Source of the DNA: Eledone cirrhosa
Lineage: Eukaryota
Direction: 5' to 3'
NCBI GenBank assembly: GCA_964016885.1
Contig: OZ024741.1
Location: 250,108,001-250,172,000, forward strand
DNA: 64,000 nucleotides
Positions 10,101 to 24,700 of this stretch are shown in pieces. Position numbers and translations under genes: made by a program. A model generated the notes under the pieces. The model was given only the letters and a program-made list of their open reading frames with translations. It was not told where the DNA came from and searched no databases. Positions within the stretch are counted from its first letter, which is position 1. Each line of letters starts with the position of its first letter.

Positions 10101-13100
10101 TGGGAGATAATTTTTTTAAAAAAATCAGGCGGAGATAATTTGTAAACAAAAATCAGGGGGAGATAATTTGTAAAAAAAAATCAGGGGAGATAATTTGTAA
10201 AAAAAAATCAGGGGGAGATAATTTGTAAAAAAAATCAAGGGGAGATAATTTCCAGCCGTCCAAGGGGAGGTAATATCTAGCCATCCAAGGGGAGATAATT
10301 TCCAGCCGTCAAAGGGGAGATAATTTCCAGCCGTCCAAGGGGAGATAATATCCAGCCGTCCAAGGAGACATATTTTCCAGCCGTCCAAGGAGAGGTAATT
10401 TCTAGCCGTCCAAGGGGAGATAAGTTCCAGCCTCCAAGGGGAGATAATTTCCAGCCAGCCAAGGGGAGATAATTTGTAAAAAAATCAGGGGGAGATAATT
10501 TGTAAAAAAAAATCAGGGGGAGATAATTTGTAAAAAAATCAGGGGGAGATAATTTGTAAAAAAAAATCAGGGGGAGATAATTTGTAAAAAAAATCAGGGG
10601 GAGATAATTTGTAAAAAAAATCAGGGGTAGATAATTTGTAAAAAAAATCAGGGGGAGATAATTTGTAAAAAAAATCAGGGGGAGATAATTTGTAAAAAAA
10701 ATCAGGGGTAGATAATTTTCAGCCCTCCAAGGGGAGATAATTTCCATCCTTCCAAGGGGAGATAATTTCCAGCCGTCCAAGGGGAGATAATTTCCCGCCA
10801 GCCAAGGAGAGATAACATTTAAAAAAATCAGGCGGAGATAATTTGTAAAAAAAATCAGGGGGAGATAATTTGTAAAAAAATCAGGGGGAGATAATTTGTA
10901 AAAAAAATCAGGGGTAGATAATTTCCAGCCGTCCAAGGGGAGATAATTTCCATCCTTCCAAGGGGAGATAATTTCCAGCCGTCCAAGGGGAGATAATTTC
11001 CCGCCAGCCAAGGAGAGATAACATTTAAAAAAATCAGGCGGAGATAATTTGTAAAAAAATCAGGGGGAGATAATTTGTAAAAAAAATCAGGGGTAGATAA
11101 TTTCCAGCCGTCCAAGGGGAGATAATTTCCATCCTTCCAAGGGGAGATAATTTCCAGCCGTCCAAGGGGAGATAATTTCCCGCCAGCCAAGGAGAGATAA
11201 TATTTAAAAAAATCAGGCGGAGATAATTTGTAAAAAAAATCAGGGGGAGATAATTTGTAAAAAAAAATCAGGGGGAGATAATTTGTAAAAAAAAATCAGG
11301 GGGAGATAATTTGTAAAAAAAATCAAGGGGAGATAATTTGTAAAAAAAAATCAGGGGTAGATAATTTGTAAAAAAAAATCAGGGGGAGATAATTTGTAAA
11401 AAAAAAATCAGGGGGAGATAATTTGTAAAAAAATCAAGGGGAGATAATTTCCAGCCGTCCAAGGGGAGATAATTTTCAGCCGTCCAAGGAGAGGTAATTT
11501 CTAGCCGTCCAAGGGGAGATAATTTCCAGCCAGCCAAGGGGAGATAATTTGTAAAAAAATCAGGGGTAGATAATTTGTAAAAAAAAATCAGGGGGAGATA
11601 ATTTGTAAAAAAAATCAGGGGGAGATAATTTGTAAAAAAAATCAGGGGTAGATAATTTCCAGCCGTCCAAGGGGAGATAATTTCCATCCTTCCAAGGGGA
11701 GATAATTTCCAGCCGTCCAAGGGGAGATAATTACCCGCCAGCCAAGGAGAGATAATATTTAAAAAAATCAGGCGGAGATAATTTGTAAAAAAAATCAGGG
11801 GGAGATAATTTGTAAAAAAATCAGGGGGAGATAATTTGTAAAAAAAAATCAGGGGAGATAATTTGTAAAAAAAATCAGGGGGAGATAATTTGTAAAAAAA
11901 AATCAGGGGTAGATAATTTGTAAAAAAAAATCAGGGGGAGATAATTTGTAAAAAAAAAATCAGGGGGAGATAATTTGTAAAAAAATCAAGGGGAGATAAT
12001 TTCCAGCCGTCCAAAGGGAGATAATTTTCAGCCGTCCAAGGAGGTAATTTCTAGCCGTCCAAGGGGAGATAATTTCCAGCCGTCCAAGGGGAGATAATTT
12101 TTTTAAAAAAATCAGGCGGACATAATTTGTAAACAAAAATCAGGGGGAGATAATTTGTAAAAAAAAATCAGGGGGAGATAATTTGTAAAAAAAAATCAGG
12201 GGGAGATAATTTGTAAAAAAAATCAAGGGGAGATAATTTCCAGCCGTCCAAGGGGAGGTAATATCTAGCCATCCAAGGGGAGATAATTTCCAGCCGTCCA
12301 AGGGGAGATAATTTCCAGCCGTCCAAGGGGAGATAATATCCAGCCGTCCAAGGAGACATATTTTCCAGCCGTCCAAGGAGAGGTAATTTCTAGCCGTCCA
12401 AGGGGAGATAAGTTCCAGCCTCCAAGGGGAGATAATTTCCAGCCAGCCAAGGGGAGATAATTTGTAAAAAAATCAGGGGGAGATAATTTGTAAAAAAAAA
12501 ATCAGGGGTAGATAATTTGTAAAAAAAATCAGGGGGAGATAATTTGTAAAAAAAATCAGGGGGAGATAATTTGTAAAAAAAATCAGGGGTAGATAATTTT
12601 CAGCCCTCCAAGGGGAGATAATTTCCATCCTTCCAAGGGGAGATAATTTCCAGCCGTCCAAGGGGAGATAATTTCCCGCCAGCCAAGGAGAGATAACATT
12701 TAAAAAAATCAGGCGGAGATAATTTGTAAAAAAAATCAGGGGGAGATAATTTGTAAAAAAATCAGGGGGAGATAATTTGTAAAAAAAATCAGGGGTAGAT
12801 AATTTCCAGCCGTCCAAGGGGAGATAATTTCCATCCTTCCAAGGGGAGATAATTTCCAGCCGTCCAAGGGGAGATAATTTCCCGCCAGCCAAGGAGAGAT
12901 AATATTTAAAAAAATCAGGCGGAGATAATTTGTAAAAAAAATCAGGGGGAGATAATTTGTAAAAAAATCAGGGGGAGATAATTTGTAAAAAAAAATCAGG
13001 GGGAGATAATTTGTAAAAAAAATCAGGGGGAGATAATTTGTAAAAAAAAATCAGGGGTAGATAATTTGTAAAAAAAAATCAGGGGGAGATAATTTGTAAA

Positions 13101-14516
13101 AAAAAATCAGGGGGAGATAATTTGTAAAAAAATCAAGGGGAGATAATTTCCAGCCGTCCAAGGGGAGATAATTTTCAGCCGTCCAAGGAGAGGTAATTTC
13201 TAGCCGTCCAAGGGGAGATAATTTCCAGCCGTCCAAGGGGAGATAATTTTTTTAAAAAAATCAGGCGGAGATAATTTGTAAACAAAAATCAGGGGGAGAT
13301 AATTTGTAAAAAAAAATCAGGGGGAGATAATTTGTAAAAAAAAATCAGGGGGAGATAATTTGTAAAAAAAATCAAGGGGAGATAATTTCCAGCCGTCCAA
13401 GGGGAGGTAATATCTAGCCATCCAAGGGGAGATAATTTCCAGCCGTCCAAGGGGAGATAATTTCCAGCCGTCCAAGGGGAGATAATATCCAGCCGTCCAA
13501 GGAGACATATTTTCCAGCCGTCCAAGGAGAGGTAATTTCTAGCCGTCCAAGGGGAGATAAGTTCCAGCCTCCAAGGGGAGATAATTTCCAGCCAGCCAAG
13601 GGGAGATAATTTGTAAAAAAATCAGGGGGAGATAATTTGTAAAAAAAAATCAGGGGGAGATAATTTGTAAAAAAATCAGGGGGAGATAATTTGTAAAAAA
13701 AAATCAGGGGGAGATAATTTGTAAAAAAAATCAGGGGGAGATAATTTGTAAAAAAAATCAGGGGTAGACAATTTGTAAAAAAAATCAGGGGGAGATAATT
13801 TGTAAAAAAAATCAGGGGGAGATAATTTGTAAAAAAAATCAGGGGTAGATAATTTTCAGCCGTCCAAGGGGAGATAATTTCCATCCTTCCAAGGGGAGAT
13901 AATTTCCAGCCGTCCAAGGGGAGATAATTTCCCGCCAGCCAAGGAGAGATAACATTTAAAAAAATCAGGCGGAGATAATTTGTAAAAAAAATCAGGGGGA
14001 GATAATTTGTAAAAAAATCAGGGGGAGATAATTTGTAAAAAAAATCAGGGGTAGATAATTTCCAGCCGTCCAAGGGGAGATAATTTCCATCCTTCCAAGG
14101 GGAGATAATTTCCAGCCGTCCAAGGGGAGATAATTTCCCGCCAGCCAAGGAGAGATAATATTTAAAAAAATCAGGCGGAGATAATTTGTAAAAAAAATCA
14201 GGGGGAGATAATTTGTAAAAAAATCAGGGGGAGATAATTTGTAAAAAAAAATCAGGGGGAGATAATTTGTAAAAAAAATCAGGGGGAGATAATTTGTAAA
14301 AAAAAATCAGGGGTAGATAATTTGTAAAAAAAAATCAGGGGGAGATAATTTGTAAAAAAAAAATCAGAGGGAGATAATTTGTAAAAAAATCAAGGGGAGA
14401 TAATTTCCAGCCGTCCAAGGGGAGATAATTTTCAGCCGTCCAAGGAGAGGTAATTTCTAGCCGTCCAAGGGGAGATAATTTCCAGCCGTCCAAGGGGAGA
14501 TAATTTTTAAAAAAAA

Positions 14517-15141
14517 TCAGGCGGAGATAATTTGTAAACAAAAATCAGGGGGAGATAATTTGTAAAAAAAAATCAGGGGGAGATAATTTGTAAAAAAAAA
14601 TCAGGGGGAGATAATTTGTAAAAAAAATCAAGGGGAGATAATTTCCAGCCGTCCAAGGGGAGGTAATATCTAGCCATCCAAGGGGAGATAATTTCCAGCC
14701 GTCCAAGGGGAGATAATTTCCAGCCGTCCAAGGGGAGATAATATCCAGCCGTCCAAGGAGACATATTTTCCAGCCGTCCAAGGAGACGTAATTTCTAGCC
14801 GTCCAAGGGGAGATAAGTTCCAGCCTCCAAGGGGAGATAATTTCCAGCCAGCCAAGGGGAGATAATTTGTAAAAAAATTAGGGGGAGATAATTTGTAAAA
14901 AAAAATTAGGGGGAGATAATTTGTAAAAAAAAATCAGGGGGAGATAATTTGTAAAAAAAAATCAGGGGGAGATAATTTGTAAAAAAAATCAAGGGGAGAT
15001 AATTTCCAGCCGTCCAAGGGGAGATAATGTTCAGCCGTCCAAGGAGAGGTAAATTCTAGCCGTCCAAGGAGATATAATTTCCAGCCGTCCAAGGGGAGAT
15101 AATTTCCAGCCGTCCAAGGGGAGATAATTTTTAAAAAAAAA
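14517..15141 (+). repeat. 625-bp 24-monomer HOR variant (A5-B9-A5-B5)
   Basis: Carries private markers ggagacgtaat, ttaggggg x2, aggtaaattct and ggagatataatt. The 625-bp period recurs at ~6023, 34511, 38904, 44756, 49150 and 57098. Partial versions lie near 26300-26640 and 31100-31680. Confidence 0.88.
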
Positions 15142-15477
15142 TCAGGCGGAGATAATTTGTAAACAAAAATCAGGGGGAGATAATTTTTAAAAAAAAATCA
15201 GGGGGAGATAATTTGTAAAAAAAAATTAGGGGGAGATAATTTGTAAAAAAAATCAAGGGGAGATAATTTCCAGCCGTCCAAGGGGAGGTAATATCTAGCC
15301 ATCCAAGGGGAGATAATTTCCAGCCGTCCAAGGGGAGATAATTTCCAGCCGTCCAAGGGGAGATAATATCCAGCCGTCCAAGGAGACATATTTTCCAGCC
15401 GTCCAAGGAGAGGTAATTTCTAGCCGTCCAAGGGGAGATAAGTTCCAGCCTCCAAGGGGAGATAATTTCCAGCCAGC

Positions 15478-15783
15478 CAAGGGGAGATAATTTGTAAAAA
15501 AATCAGGGGGGAGATAATTTGTAAAAAAAATCAGGGGGAGATAATTTGAAAAAAAAATCAGGGGGAGATAATTTGTAAAAAATATCAAGGGGAGATAATT
15601 TCCAGCCCTCCAAGGGGCTATAATTTCCAGCCGTGCAAGGGGAGATAATTTCCAGCCGTCCAAGGGGAGATAATTTCCATCCTTCCAAGGGGAGATAATT
15701 TCCAGCCGTCCAAGGGGAGATAATTTCCCGCCAGCCAAGGGAAGATAATTTTTTAAAAAATCAGGCGGAGATTGTAAAAAAAA
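15478..15783 (+). repeat. Diagnostic variant cassette 'V' (G6 run, tttgaaaa, aatatcaa, ggggctata, ccgtgcaa, gggaagata, 4-bp deletion gcggagattgt)
   Basis: The same set of markers is found at ~6960, 15480, 26975, 35470, 39865, 45720, 50110 and 58060. Its tail is also present at positions 1-50. Confidence 0.9.
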
Positions 15784-18700
15784 TCAGGGGGAGATAATTT
15801 GTAAAAAAATCAGGGGGAGATAATTTGTAAAAAAAAAATCAGGGGGAGATAATTTGTAAAAAAAAATCAGGGGGAGATAATTTGTAAAAAAAATCAGGGG
15901 GAGATAATTTGTAAAAAAAATCAGGGGTAGATAATTTGTAAAAAAAATCAGGGGGAGATAATTTGTAAAAAAAATCAGGGGGAGATAATTTGTAAAAAAA
16001 ATCAGGGGTAGATAATTTTCAGCCGTCCAAGGGGAGATAATTTCCATCCTTCCAAGGGGAGATAATTTCCAGCCGTCCAAGGGGAGATAATTTCCCGCCA
16101 GCCAAGGAGAGATAACATTTAAAAAAATCAGGCGGAGATAATTTGTAAAAAAATCAGGGGGAGATAATTTGTAAAAAAAATCAGGGGTAGATAATTTCCA
16201 GCCGTCCAAGGGGAGATAATTTCCATCCTTCCAAGGGGAGATAATTTCCAGCCGTCCAAGGGGAGATAATTTCCCGCCAGCCAAGGAGAGATAATATTTA
16301 AAAAAATCAGGCGGAGATAATTTGTAAAAAAAATCAGGGGGAGATAATTTGTAAAAAAATCAGGGGGAGATAATTTGTAAAAAAAAATCAGGGGGAGATA
16401 ATTTGTAAAAAAAATCAGGGGGAGATAATTTGTAAAAAAAATCAGGGGTAGATAATTTGTAAAAAAAAATCAGGGGGAGATAATTTGTAAAAAAAAAATC
16501 AGGGGGAGATAATTTGTAAAAAAATCAAGGGGAGATAATTTCCAGCCGTCCAAGGGGAGATAATTTTCAGCCGTCCAAGGAGAGGTAATTTCTAGCCGTC
16601 CAAGGGGAGATGATTTCCAGCCGTCCAAGGGGAGATAATTTTTTTAAAAAAATCAGGCGGAGATAATTTGTAAACAAAAATCAGGGGGAGATAATTTGTA
16701 AAAAAAAATCAGGGGGAGATAATTTGTAAAAAAAAATCAGGGGGAGATAATTTGTAAAAAAAATCAAGGGGAGATAATTTGTCAAAAAAAATCAGGGGTA
16801 GATAATTTGTAAAAAAAAATCAGGGGGAGATAATTTGTAAAAAAAAAATCAGGGGGAGATAATTTGTAAAAAAATCAAGGGGAGATAATTTCCAGCCGTC
16901 CAAGGGGAGATAATTTTCAGCCGTCCAAGGAGAGGTAATTTCTAGCCGTCCAAGGGGAGATAATTTCCAGCCAGCCAAGGGGAGATAATTTGTAAAAAAA
17001 TCAGGGGTAGATAATTTGTAAAAAAAAATCAGGGGGAGATAATTTGTAAAAAAAATCAGGGGGAGATAATTTGTAAAAAAAATCAGGGGTAGATAATTTC
17101 CAGCCGTCCAAGGGGAGATAATTTCCATCCTTCCAAGGGGAGATAATTTCCAGCCGTCCAAGGGGAGATAATTTCCCGCCAGCCAAGGAGAGATAACATT
17201 TAAAAAAATCAGGCGGAGATAATTTGTAAAAAAAATCAGGGGGAGATAATTTGTAAAAAAATCAGGGGGAGATAATTTGTAAAAAAAATCAGGGGTAGAT
17301 AATTTCCAGCCGTCCAAGGGGAGATAATTTCCATCCTTCCAAGGGGAGATAATTTCCAGCCGTCCAAGGGGAGATAATTTCCCGCCAGCCAAGGAGAGAT
17401 AATATTTAAAAAAATCAGGCGGAGATAATTTGTAAAAAAAATCAGGGGGAGATAATTTGTAAAAAAATCAGGGGGAGATAATTTGTAAAAAAAAATCAGG
17501 GGAGATAATTTGTAAAAAAAATCAGGGGGAGATAATTTGTAAAAAAAAATCAGGGGTAGATAATTTGTAAAAAAAAATCAGGGGGAGATAATTTGTAAAA
17601 AAAAAATCAGGGGGAGATAATTTGTAAAAAAATCAAGGGGAGATAATTTCCAGCCGTCCAAGGGGAGATAATTTTCAGCCGTCCAAGGAGGTAATTTCTA
17701 GCCGTCCAAGGGGAGATAATTTCCAGCCGTCCAAGGGGAGATAATTTTTTTAAAAAAATCAGGCGGAGATAATTTGTAAACAAAAATCAGGGGGAGATAA
17801 TTTGTAAAAAAAAATCAGGGGGAGATAATTTGTAAAAAAAAATCAGGGGGAGATAATTTGTAAAAAAAATCAAGGGGAGATAATTTCCAGCCGTCCAAGG
17901 GGAGGTAATATCTAGCCATCCAAGGGGAGATAATTTCCAGCCGTCCAAGGGGAGATAATTTCCAGCCGTCCAAGGGGAGATAATATCCAGCCGTCCAAGG
18001 AGACATATTTTCCAGCCGTCCAAGGAGAGGTAATTTCTAGCCGTCCAAGGGGAGATAAGTTCCAGCCTCCAAGGGGAGATAATTTCCAGCCAGCCAAGGG
18101 GAGATAATTTGTAAAAAAATCAGGGGGAGATAATTTGTAAAAAAAAAATCAGGGGGAGATAATTTGTAAAAAAATCAGGGGGAGATAATTTGTAAAAAAA
18201 ATCAGGGGGAGATAATTTGTAGAAAAAATCAGGGGTAGATAATTTGTAAAAAAAATCAGGGGGAGATAATTTGTAAAAAAAATCAGGGGGAGATAATTTG
18301 TAAAAAAAATCAGGGGTAGATAATTTTCAGCCGTCCAAGGGGAGATAATTTCCATCCTTCCAAGGGGAGATAATTTCCAGCCGTCCAAGGGGAGATAATT
18401 TCCCGCCAGCCAAGGAGAGATAACATTTAAAAAAATCAGGCGGAGATAATTTGTAAAAAAAATCAGGGGGAGATAATTTGTAAAAAAATCAGGGGGAGAT
18501 AATTTGTAAAAAAAATCAGGGGTAGATAATTTCCAGCCGTCCAAGGGGAGATAATTTCCATCCTTCCAAGGGGAGATAATTTCCAGCCGTCCAAGGGGAG
18601 ATAATTTCCCGCCAGCCAAGGAGAGATAATATTTAAAAAAATCAGGCGGAGATAATTTGTAAAAAAAATCAGGGGGAGATAATTTGTAAAAAAATCAGGG

Positions 18701-21700
18701 GGAGATAATTTGTAAAAAAAAATCAGGGGGAGATAATTTGTAAAAAAAATCAGGGGGAGATAATTTGTAAAAAAAATCAGGGGTAGATAATTTGTAAAAA
18801 AAAATCAGGGGGAGATAATTTGTAAAAAAAAAATCAGGGGGAGATAATTTGTAAAAAAATCAAGGGGAGATAATTTCCAGCCGTCCAAGGGGAGATAATT
18901 TTCAGCCGTCCAAGGAGAGGTAATTTCTAGCCGTCCAAGGGGAGATAATTTCCAGCCGTCCAAGGGGAGATAATTTTTTTAAAAAAATCAGGCGGAGATA
19001 ATTTGTAAACAAAAATCAGGGGGAGATAATTTGTAAAAAAAAATCAGGGGGAGATAATTTGTAAAAAAAAATCAGGGGGAGATAATTTGTAAAAAAAATC
19101 AAGGGGAGATAATTTCCAGCCGTCCAAGGGGAGGTAATATCTAGCCATCCAAGGGGAGATAATTTCCAGCCGTCCAAGGGGAGATATTTTCCAGCCGTCC
19201 AAGGAGAGGTAATTTCTAGCCGTCCAAGGGGAGATAAGTTCCTGCCTCCAAGGGGAGATAATTTCCAGCCAGCCAAGGGGAGATAATTTGTAAAAAAATC
19301 AGGGGGAGATAATTTGTAAAAAAAAAATCAGGGGGAGATAATTTGTAAAAAAATCAGGGGGAGATAATTTGTAAAAAAAAAATCAGGGGGAGATAATTTG
19401 TAAAAAAAATCAGGGGGAGATAATTTGTAAAAAAAATCAGGGGTAGATAATTTGTAAAAAAAATCAGGGGGAGATAATTTGTAAAAAAAATCAGGGGGAG
19501 ATAATTTGTAAAAAAAATCAGGGGTAGATAATTTTCAGCCCTCCAAGGGGAGATAATTTCCATCCTTCCAAGGGGAGATAATTTCCAGCCGTCCAAGGGG
19601 AGATAATTTCCCGCCAGCCAAGGAGAGATAACATTTAAAAAAATCAGGCGGAGATAATTTGTAAAAAAAATCAGGGGGAGATAATTTGTAAATAAATTAG
19701 GGGGAGATAATTTGTAAAAAAAATCAGGGGTAGATAATTTCCAGCCGTCCAAGGGGAGATAATTTCCATCCTTCCAAGGGGAGATAATTTCCAGCCGTCC
19801 AAGGGGAGATAATTTCCCGCCAGCCAAGGAGAGATAATATTTAAAAAAATCAGGCGGAGATAATTTGTAAAAAAAATCAGGGGGAGATAATTTGTAAAAA
19901 AATCAGGGGGAGATAATTTGTAAAAAAAAATCAGGGGAGATAATTTGTAAAAAAAATCAGGGGGTGATAATTTGTAAAAAAAATCAGGGGTAGATAATTT
20001 GTAAAAAAAAATCAGGGGGAGATAATTTGTAAAAAAAAAATCAGGGGGAGATAATTTGTAAAAAAATCAAGGGGAGATAATTTCCAACCGTCCAAGGGGA
20101 GATAATTTTCAGCCGTCCAAGGAGGTAATTTCTAGCCGTCCAAGGGGAGATAATTTCCAGCCGTCCAAGGGGAGATAATTTTTTTAAAAAAATCAGGCGG
20201 AGATAATTTGTAAACAAAAATCAGGGGGAGATAATTTGTAAAAAAAAATCAGGGGGAGATAATTTGTAAAAAAAATCAAGGGGAGATAATTTCCAGCCGT
20301 CCAAGGGGAGGTAATATCTAGCCATCCAAAGGGAGATAATTTCCAGCCGTCCAAGGGGAGATAATTTCCAGCCGTCCAAGGGGAGATAATATCCAGCCGT
20401 CCAAGGAGACATATTTTCCAGCCGTCCAAGGAGAGGTAATTTCTAGCCGTCCAAGGGGAGATAAGTTCCAGCCTCCAAGGGGAGATAATTTCCAGCCAGC
20501 CAAGGGGAGATAATTTGTAAAAAAATCAGGGGGAGATAATTTGTAAAAAAAAAATCAGGGGGAGATAATTTGTAAAAAAATCAGGGGGAGATAATTTGTA
20601 AAAAAAAAATCAGGGGGAGATAATTTGTAAAAAAAATCAGGGGGAGATAATTTGTAGAAAAAATCAGGGCTAGATAATTTGTAAAAAAAATCAGGGGGAG
20701 ATAATTTGTAAAAAAAATCAGGGGGAGATAATTTGTAAAAGAAATCAGGGGTAGATAATTTTCAGTCGTCCAAGGGGAGATAATTTCCATCCTTCCAAGG
20801 GGAGATAATTTCCAGCCGTCCAAGGGGAGATAATTTCCCGCCAGCCAAGGAGAGATAACATTTAAAAAAATCAGGCGGAGATAATTTGTAAAAAAAATCA
20901 GGGGGAGATAATTTGTAAAAAAATCAGGGGGAGATAATTTGTAAAAAAAATCAGGGGTAGATAATTTCCAGCCGTCCAAGGGGAGATAATTTCCATCCTT
21001 CCAAGGGGAGATAATTTCCAGCCGTCCAAGGGGAGATAATTTCCCGCCAGCCAAGGAGAGATAATATTTAAAAAAATCAGGCGGAGATAATTTGTAAAAA
21101 AAATCAGGGGGAGATAATTTGTAAAAAAATCAGGGGGAGATAATTTGTAAAAAAAAATCAGGGGGAGATAATTTGTAAAAAAAATCAGGGGGAGATAATT
21201 TGTAAAAAAAATCAGGGGTAGATAATTTGTAAAAAAAAATCAGGGGGAGATAATTTGTAAAAAAAAAATCAGGGGGAGATAATTTGTAAAAAAATCAAGG
21301 TGAGATAATTTCCAGCCGTCCAAGGGGAGATAATTTTCAGCCGTCCAAGGAGAGGTAATTGCTAGCCGTCCAAGGGGAGATAATTTCCAGCCGTCCAAGG
21401 GGAGATAATTTTTTTTAAAAAATCAGGCGGAGATAATTTGTAAACAAAAATCAGGGGGAGATAATTTGTAAAAAAAAATCAGGGGGAGATAATTTGTAAA
21501 AAAAAATCAGGGGGAGATAATTTGTAAAAAAATCAAGGGGAGATAATTTCCAGCCGTCCAAGGGGAGGTAATATCTAGCCATCCAAGGGGAGATAATTTC
21601 CAGCCGTCCAAGGGGAGATAATTTCCAGCCGTCCAAGGGGAGATAATATCCAGCCGTCCAAGGAGACATATTTTCCAGCCGTCCAAGGAGAGGTAATTTC

Positions 21701-24700
21701 TAGCCGTCCAAGGGGAGATAAGTTCCAGCCTCCAAGGGGAGATAATTTCCAGCCAGCCAAGGGGAGATAATTTGTAAAAAAATCAGGGGGAGATAATTTG
21801 TAAAAAAAAATCAGGGGGAGATAATTTGTAAAAAAATCAGGGGGAGATAATTTGTAAAAAAAAAATCAGAGGGAGATAATTTGTAAAAAAAATCAGGGGG
21901 AGATAATTTGTAAAAAAATCAGGGGTAGATAATTTGTAAAAAAAATCAGGGGGAGATAATTTGTAAAAAAAATCAGGGGGAGATAATTTGTAAAAAAAAT
22001 CAGGGGTAGATAATTTTCAGCCGTCCAAGGGGAGATAATTTCCATCCTTCCAAGGGGAGATAATTTTCAGCCGTCCAAGGGGAGATAATTTCCCGCCAGC
22101 CAAGGAGAGATAACATTTAAAAAAATCAGGCGGAGATAATTTGTAAAAAAATCAGGGGGAGATAATTTGTAAAAAAAATCAGGGGGAGATAATTTGTAAA
22201 AAAAATCAGGGGGAGATAATTTGTAAAAAAAAATCAGGGGTAGATAATTTGTAAAAAAAAATCAGGGGGAGATAATTTGTAAAAAAAAATCAGGGGGAGA
22301 TAATTTGTAAAAAAATCAAGGGGAGATAATTTCCAGCCGTCCAAGGGGAGATAATTTTCAGCCGTCCAAGGAGAGGTAATTTCTAGCCGTCCAAGGGGAG
22401 ATAATTTCCAGCCGTCCAAGGGGAGATAATTTTTTAAAAAAAATCAGGCGGAGATAATTTGTAAACAAAAATCAGGGGGAGATAATTTGTAAAAAAAAAT
22501 CAGGGGGAGATAATTTGTAAAAAAAAATCAGGGGGAGATGATTTGTAAAAAAAATCAAGGGGAGATAATTTCCAGCCGTCCAAGGGGAGGTAATATCTAG
22601 CCATCCAAGGGGAGATAATTTCCAGCCGTCCAAGGGGAGATAATTTCCAGCCGTCCAAGGGGAGATAATATCCAGCCGTCCAAGGAGACATATTTTCCAG
22701 CCGTCCAAGGAGACGTAATTTCTAGCCGTCCAAGGGGAGATAAGTTCCAGCCTCCAAGGGGAGATAATTTCCAGCCAGCCAAGGGGAGATAATTTGTAAA
22801 AAAATCAGGGGAGATAATTTGTAAAAAAAATCAGGGGGAGATAATTTGTAAAAAAAAATCAGGGGTAGATAATTTGTAAAAAAAATCAGGGGGAGATAAT
22901 TTGTAAAAAAAAAATCAGGGGGAGATAATTTGTAAAAAAATCAAGGGGAGATAATTTCCAACCGTCCAAGGGGAGATAATTTTCAGCCGTCCAAGGAGGT
23001 AATTTCTAGCCGTCCAAGGGGAGATAATTTCCAGCCGTCCAAGGGGAGATAATTTTTTTTAAAAAATCAGGCGGAGATAATTTGTAAACAAAAATCAGGG
23101 GGAGATAATTTGTAAAAAAAAATCAGGGGGAGATAATTTGTAAAAAAAATCAGGGGGAGATAATTTGTAAAAAAAATCAAGGGGAGATAATTTCCAGCCG
23201 TCCAAGGGGAGGTAATATCTAGCCATCCAAAGGGAGATAATTTCCAGCCATCCAAGGGGAGATAATTTCCAGCCGTCCAAGGGGAGATAATATCCAGCCG
23301 TCCAAGGAGACATATTTTCCAGCCGTCCAAGGAGAGGTAATTTCTAGCCGTCCAAGGGGAGATAAGTTCCAGCCTCCAAGGGGAGATAATTTCCAGCCAG
23401 CCAAGGGGAGATAATTTGTAAAAAAATCAGGGGGAGATAATTTGTAAAAAAAAAATCAGGGGGAGATAATTTGTAAAAAAATCAGGGGGAGATAATTTGT
23501 AAAAAAAAAATCAGGGGGAGATAATTTGTAAAAAAAATCAGGGGGAGATAATTTGTAGAAAAAATCAGGGGTAGATAATTTGTAAAAAAAATCAGGGGGA
23601 GATAATTTGTAAAAAAAATCAGGGGGAGATAATTTGTAAAAAAAATCAGGGGTAGATAATTTTCAGCCGTCCAAGGGGAGATAATTTCCATCCTTCCAAG
23701 GGGAGATAATTTCCAGCCGTCCAAGGGGAGATAATTTCCCGCCAGCCAAGGAGAGATAACATTTAAAAAAATCAGGCGGAGATAATTTGTAAAAAAAATC
23801 AGGGGGAGATAATTTGTAAAAAAATCAGGGGGAGATAATTTGTAAAAAAAATCAGGGGTAGATAATTTCCAGCCGTCCAAGGGGAGATAATTTCCATCCT
23901 TCCAAGGGGAGATAATTTCCAGCCGTCCAAGGGGAGATAATTTCCCGCCAGCCAAGGAGAGATAATATTTAAAAAAATCAGGCGGAGATAATTTGTAAAA
24001 AAAATCAGGGGGAGATAATTTGTAAAAAAATCAGGGGGAGATAATTTGTAAAAAAAAATCAGGGGAGATAATTTGTAAAAAAAATCAGGGGGAGATAATT
24101 TGTAAAAAAAAATCAGGGGTAGATAATTTGTAAAAAAAAATCAGGGGGAGATAATTTGTAAAAAAAAAATCAGGGGGAGATAATTTGTAAAAAAATCAAG
24201 GGGAGATAATTTCCAGCCGTCCAAGGGGAGATAATTTTCAGCCGTCCAAGGAGGTAATTTCTAGCCGTCCAAGGGGAGATAATTTCCAGCCGTCCAAGGG
24301 GAGATAATTTTTTTAAAAAAATCAGGCGGAGATAATTTGTAAACAAAAATCAGGGGGAGATAATTTGTAAAAAAAAATCAGGGGGAGATAATTTGTAAAA
24401 AAAAATCAGGGGGAGATAATTTGTAAAAAAAATCAAGGGGAGATAATTTCCAGCCGTCCAAGGGGAGGTAATATCTAGCCATCCAAGGGGAGATAATTTC
24501 CAGCCGTCCAAAGGGAGATAATTTCCAGCCGTCAAAGGGGAGATAATATCCAGCCGTCCAAGGAGACATATTTTCCAGCCGTCCAAGGAGAGGTAATTTC
24601 TAGCCGTCCAAGGGGAGATAAGTTCCAGCCTCCAAGGGGAGATAATTTCCAGCCAGCCAAGGGGAGATAATTTGTAAAAAAATCAGGGGGAGATAATTTG

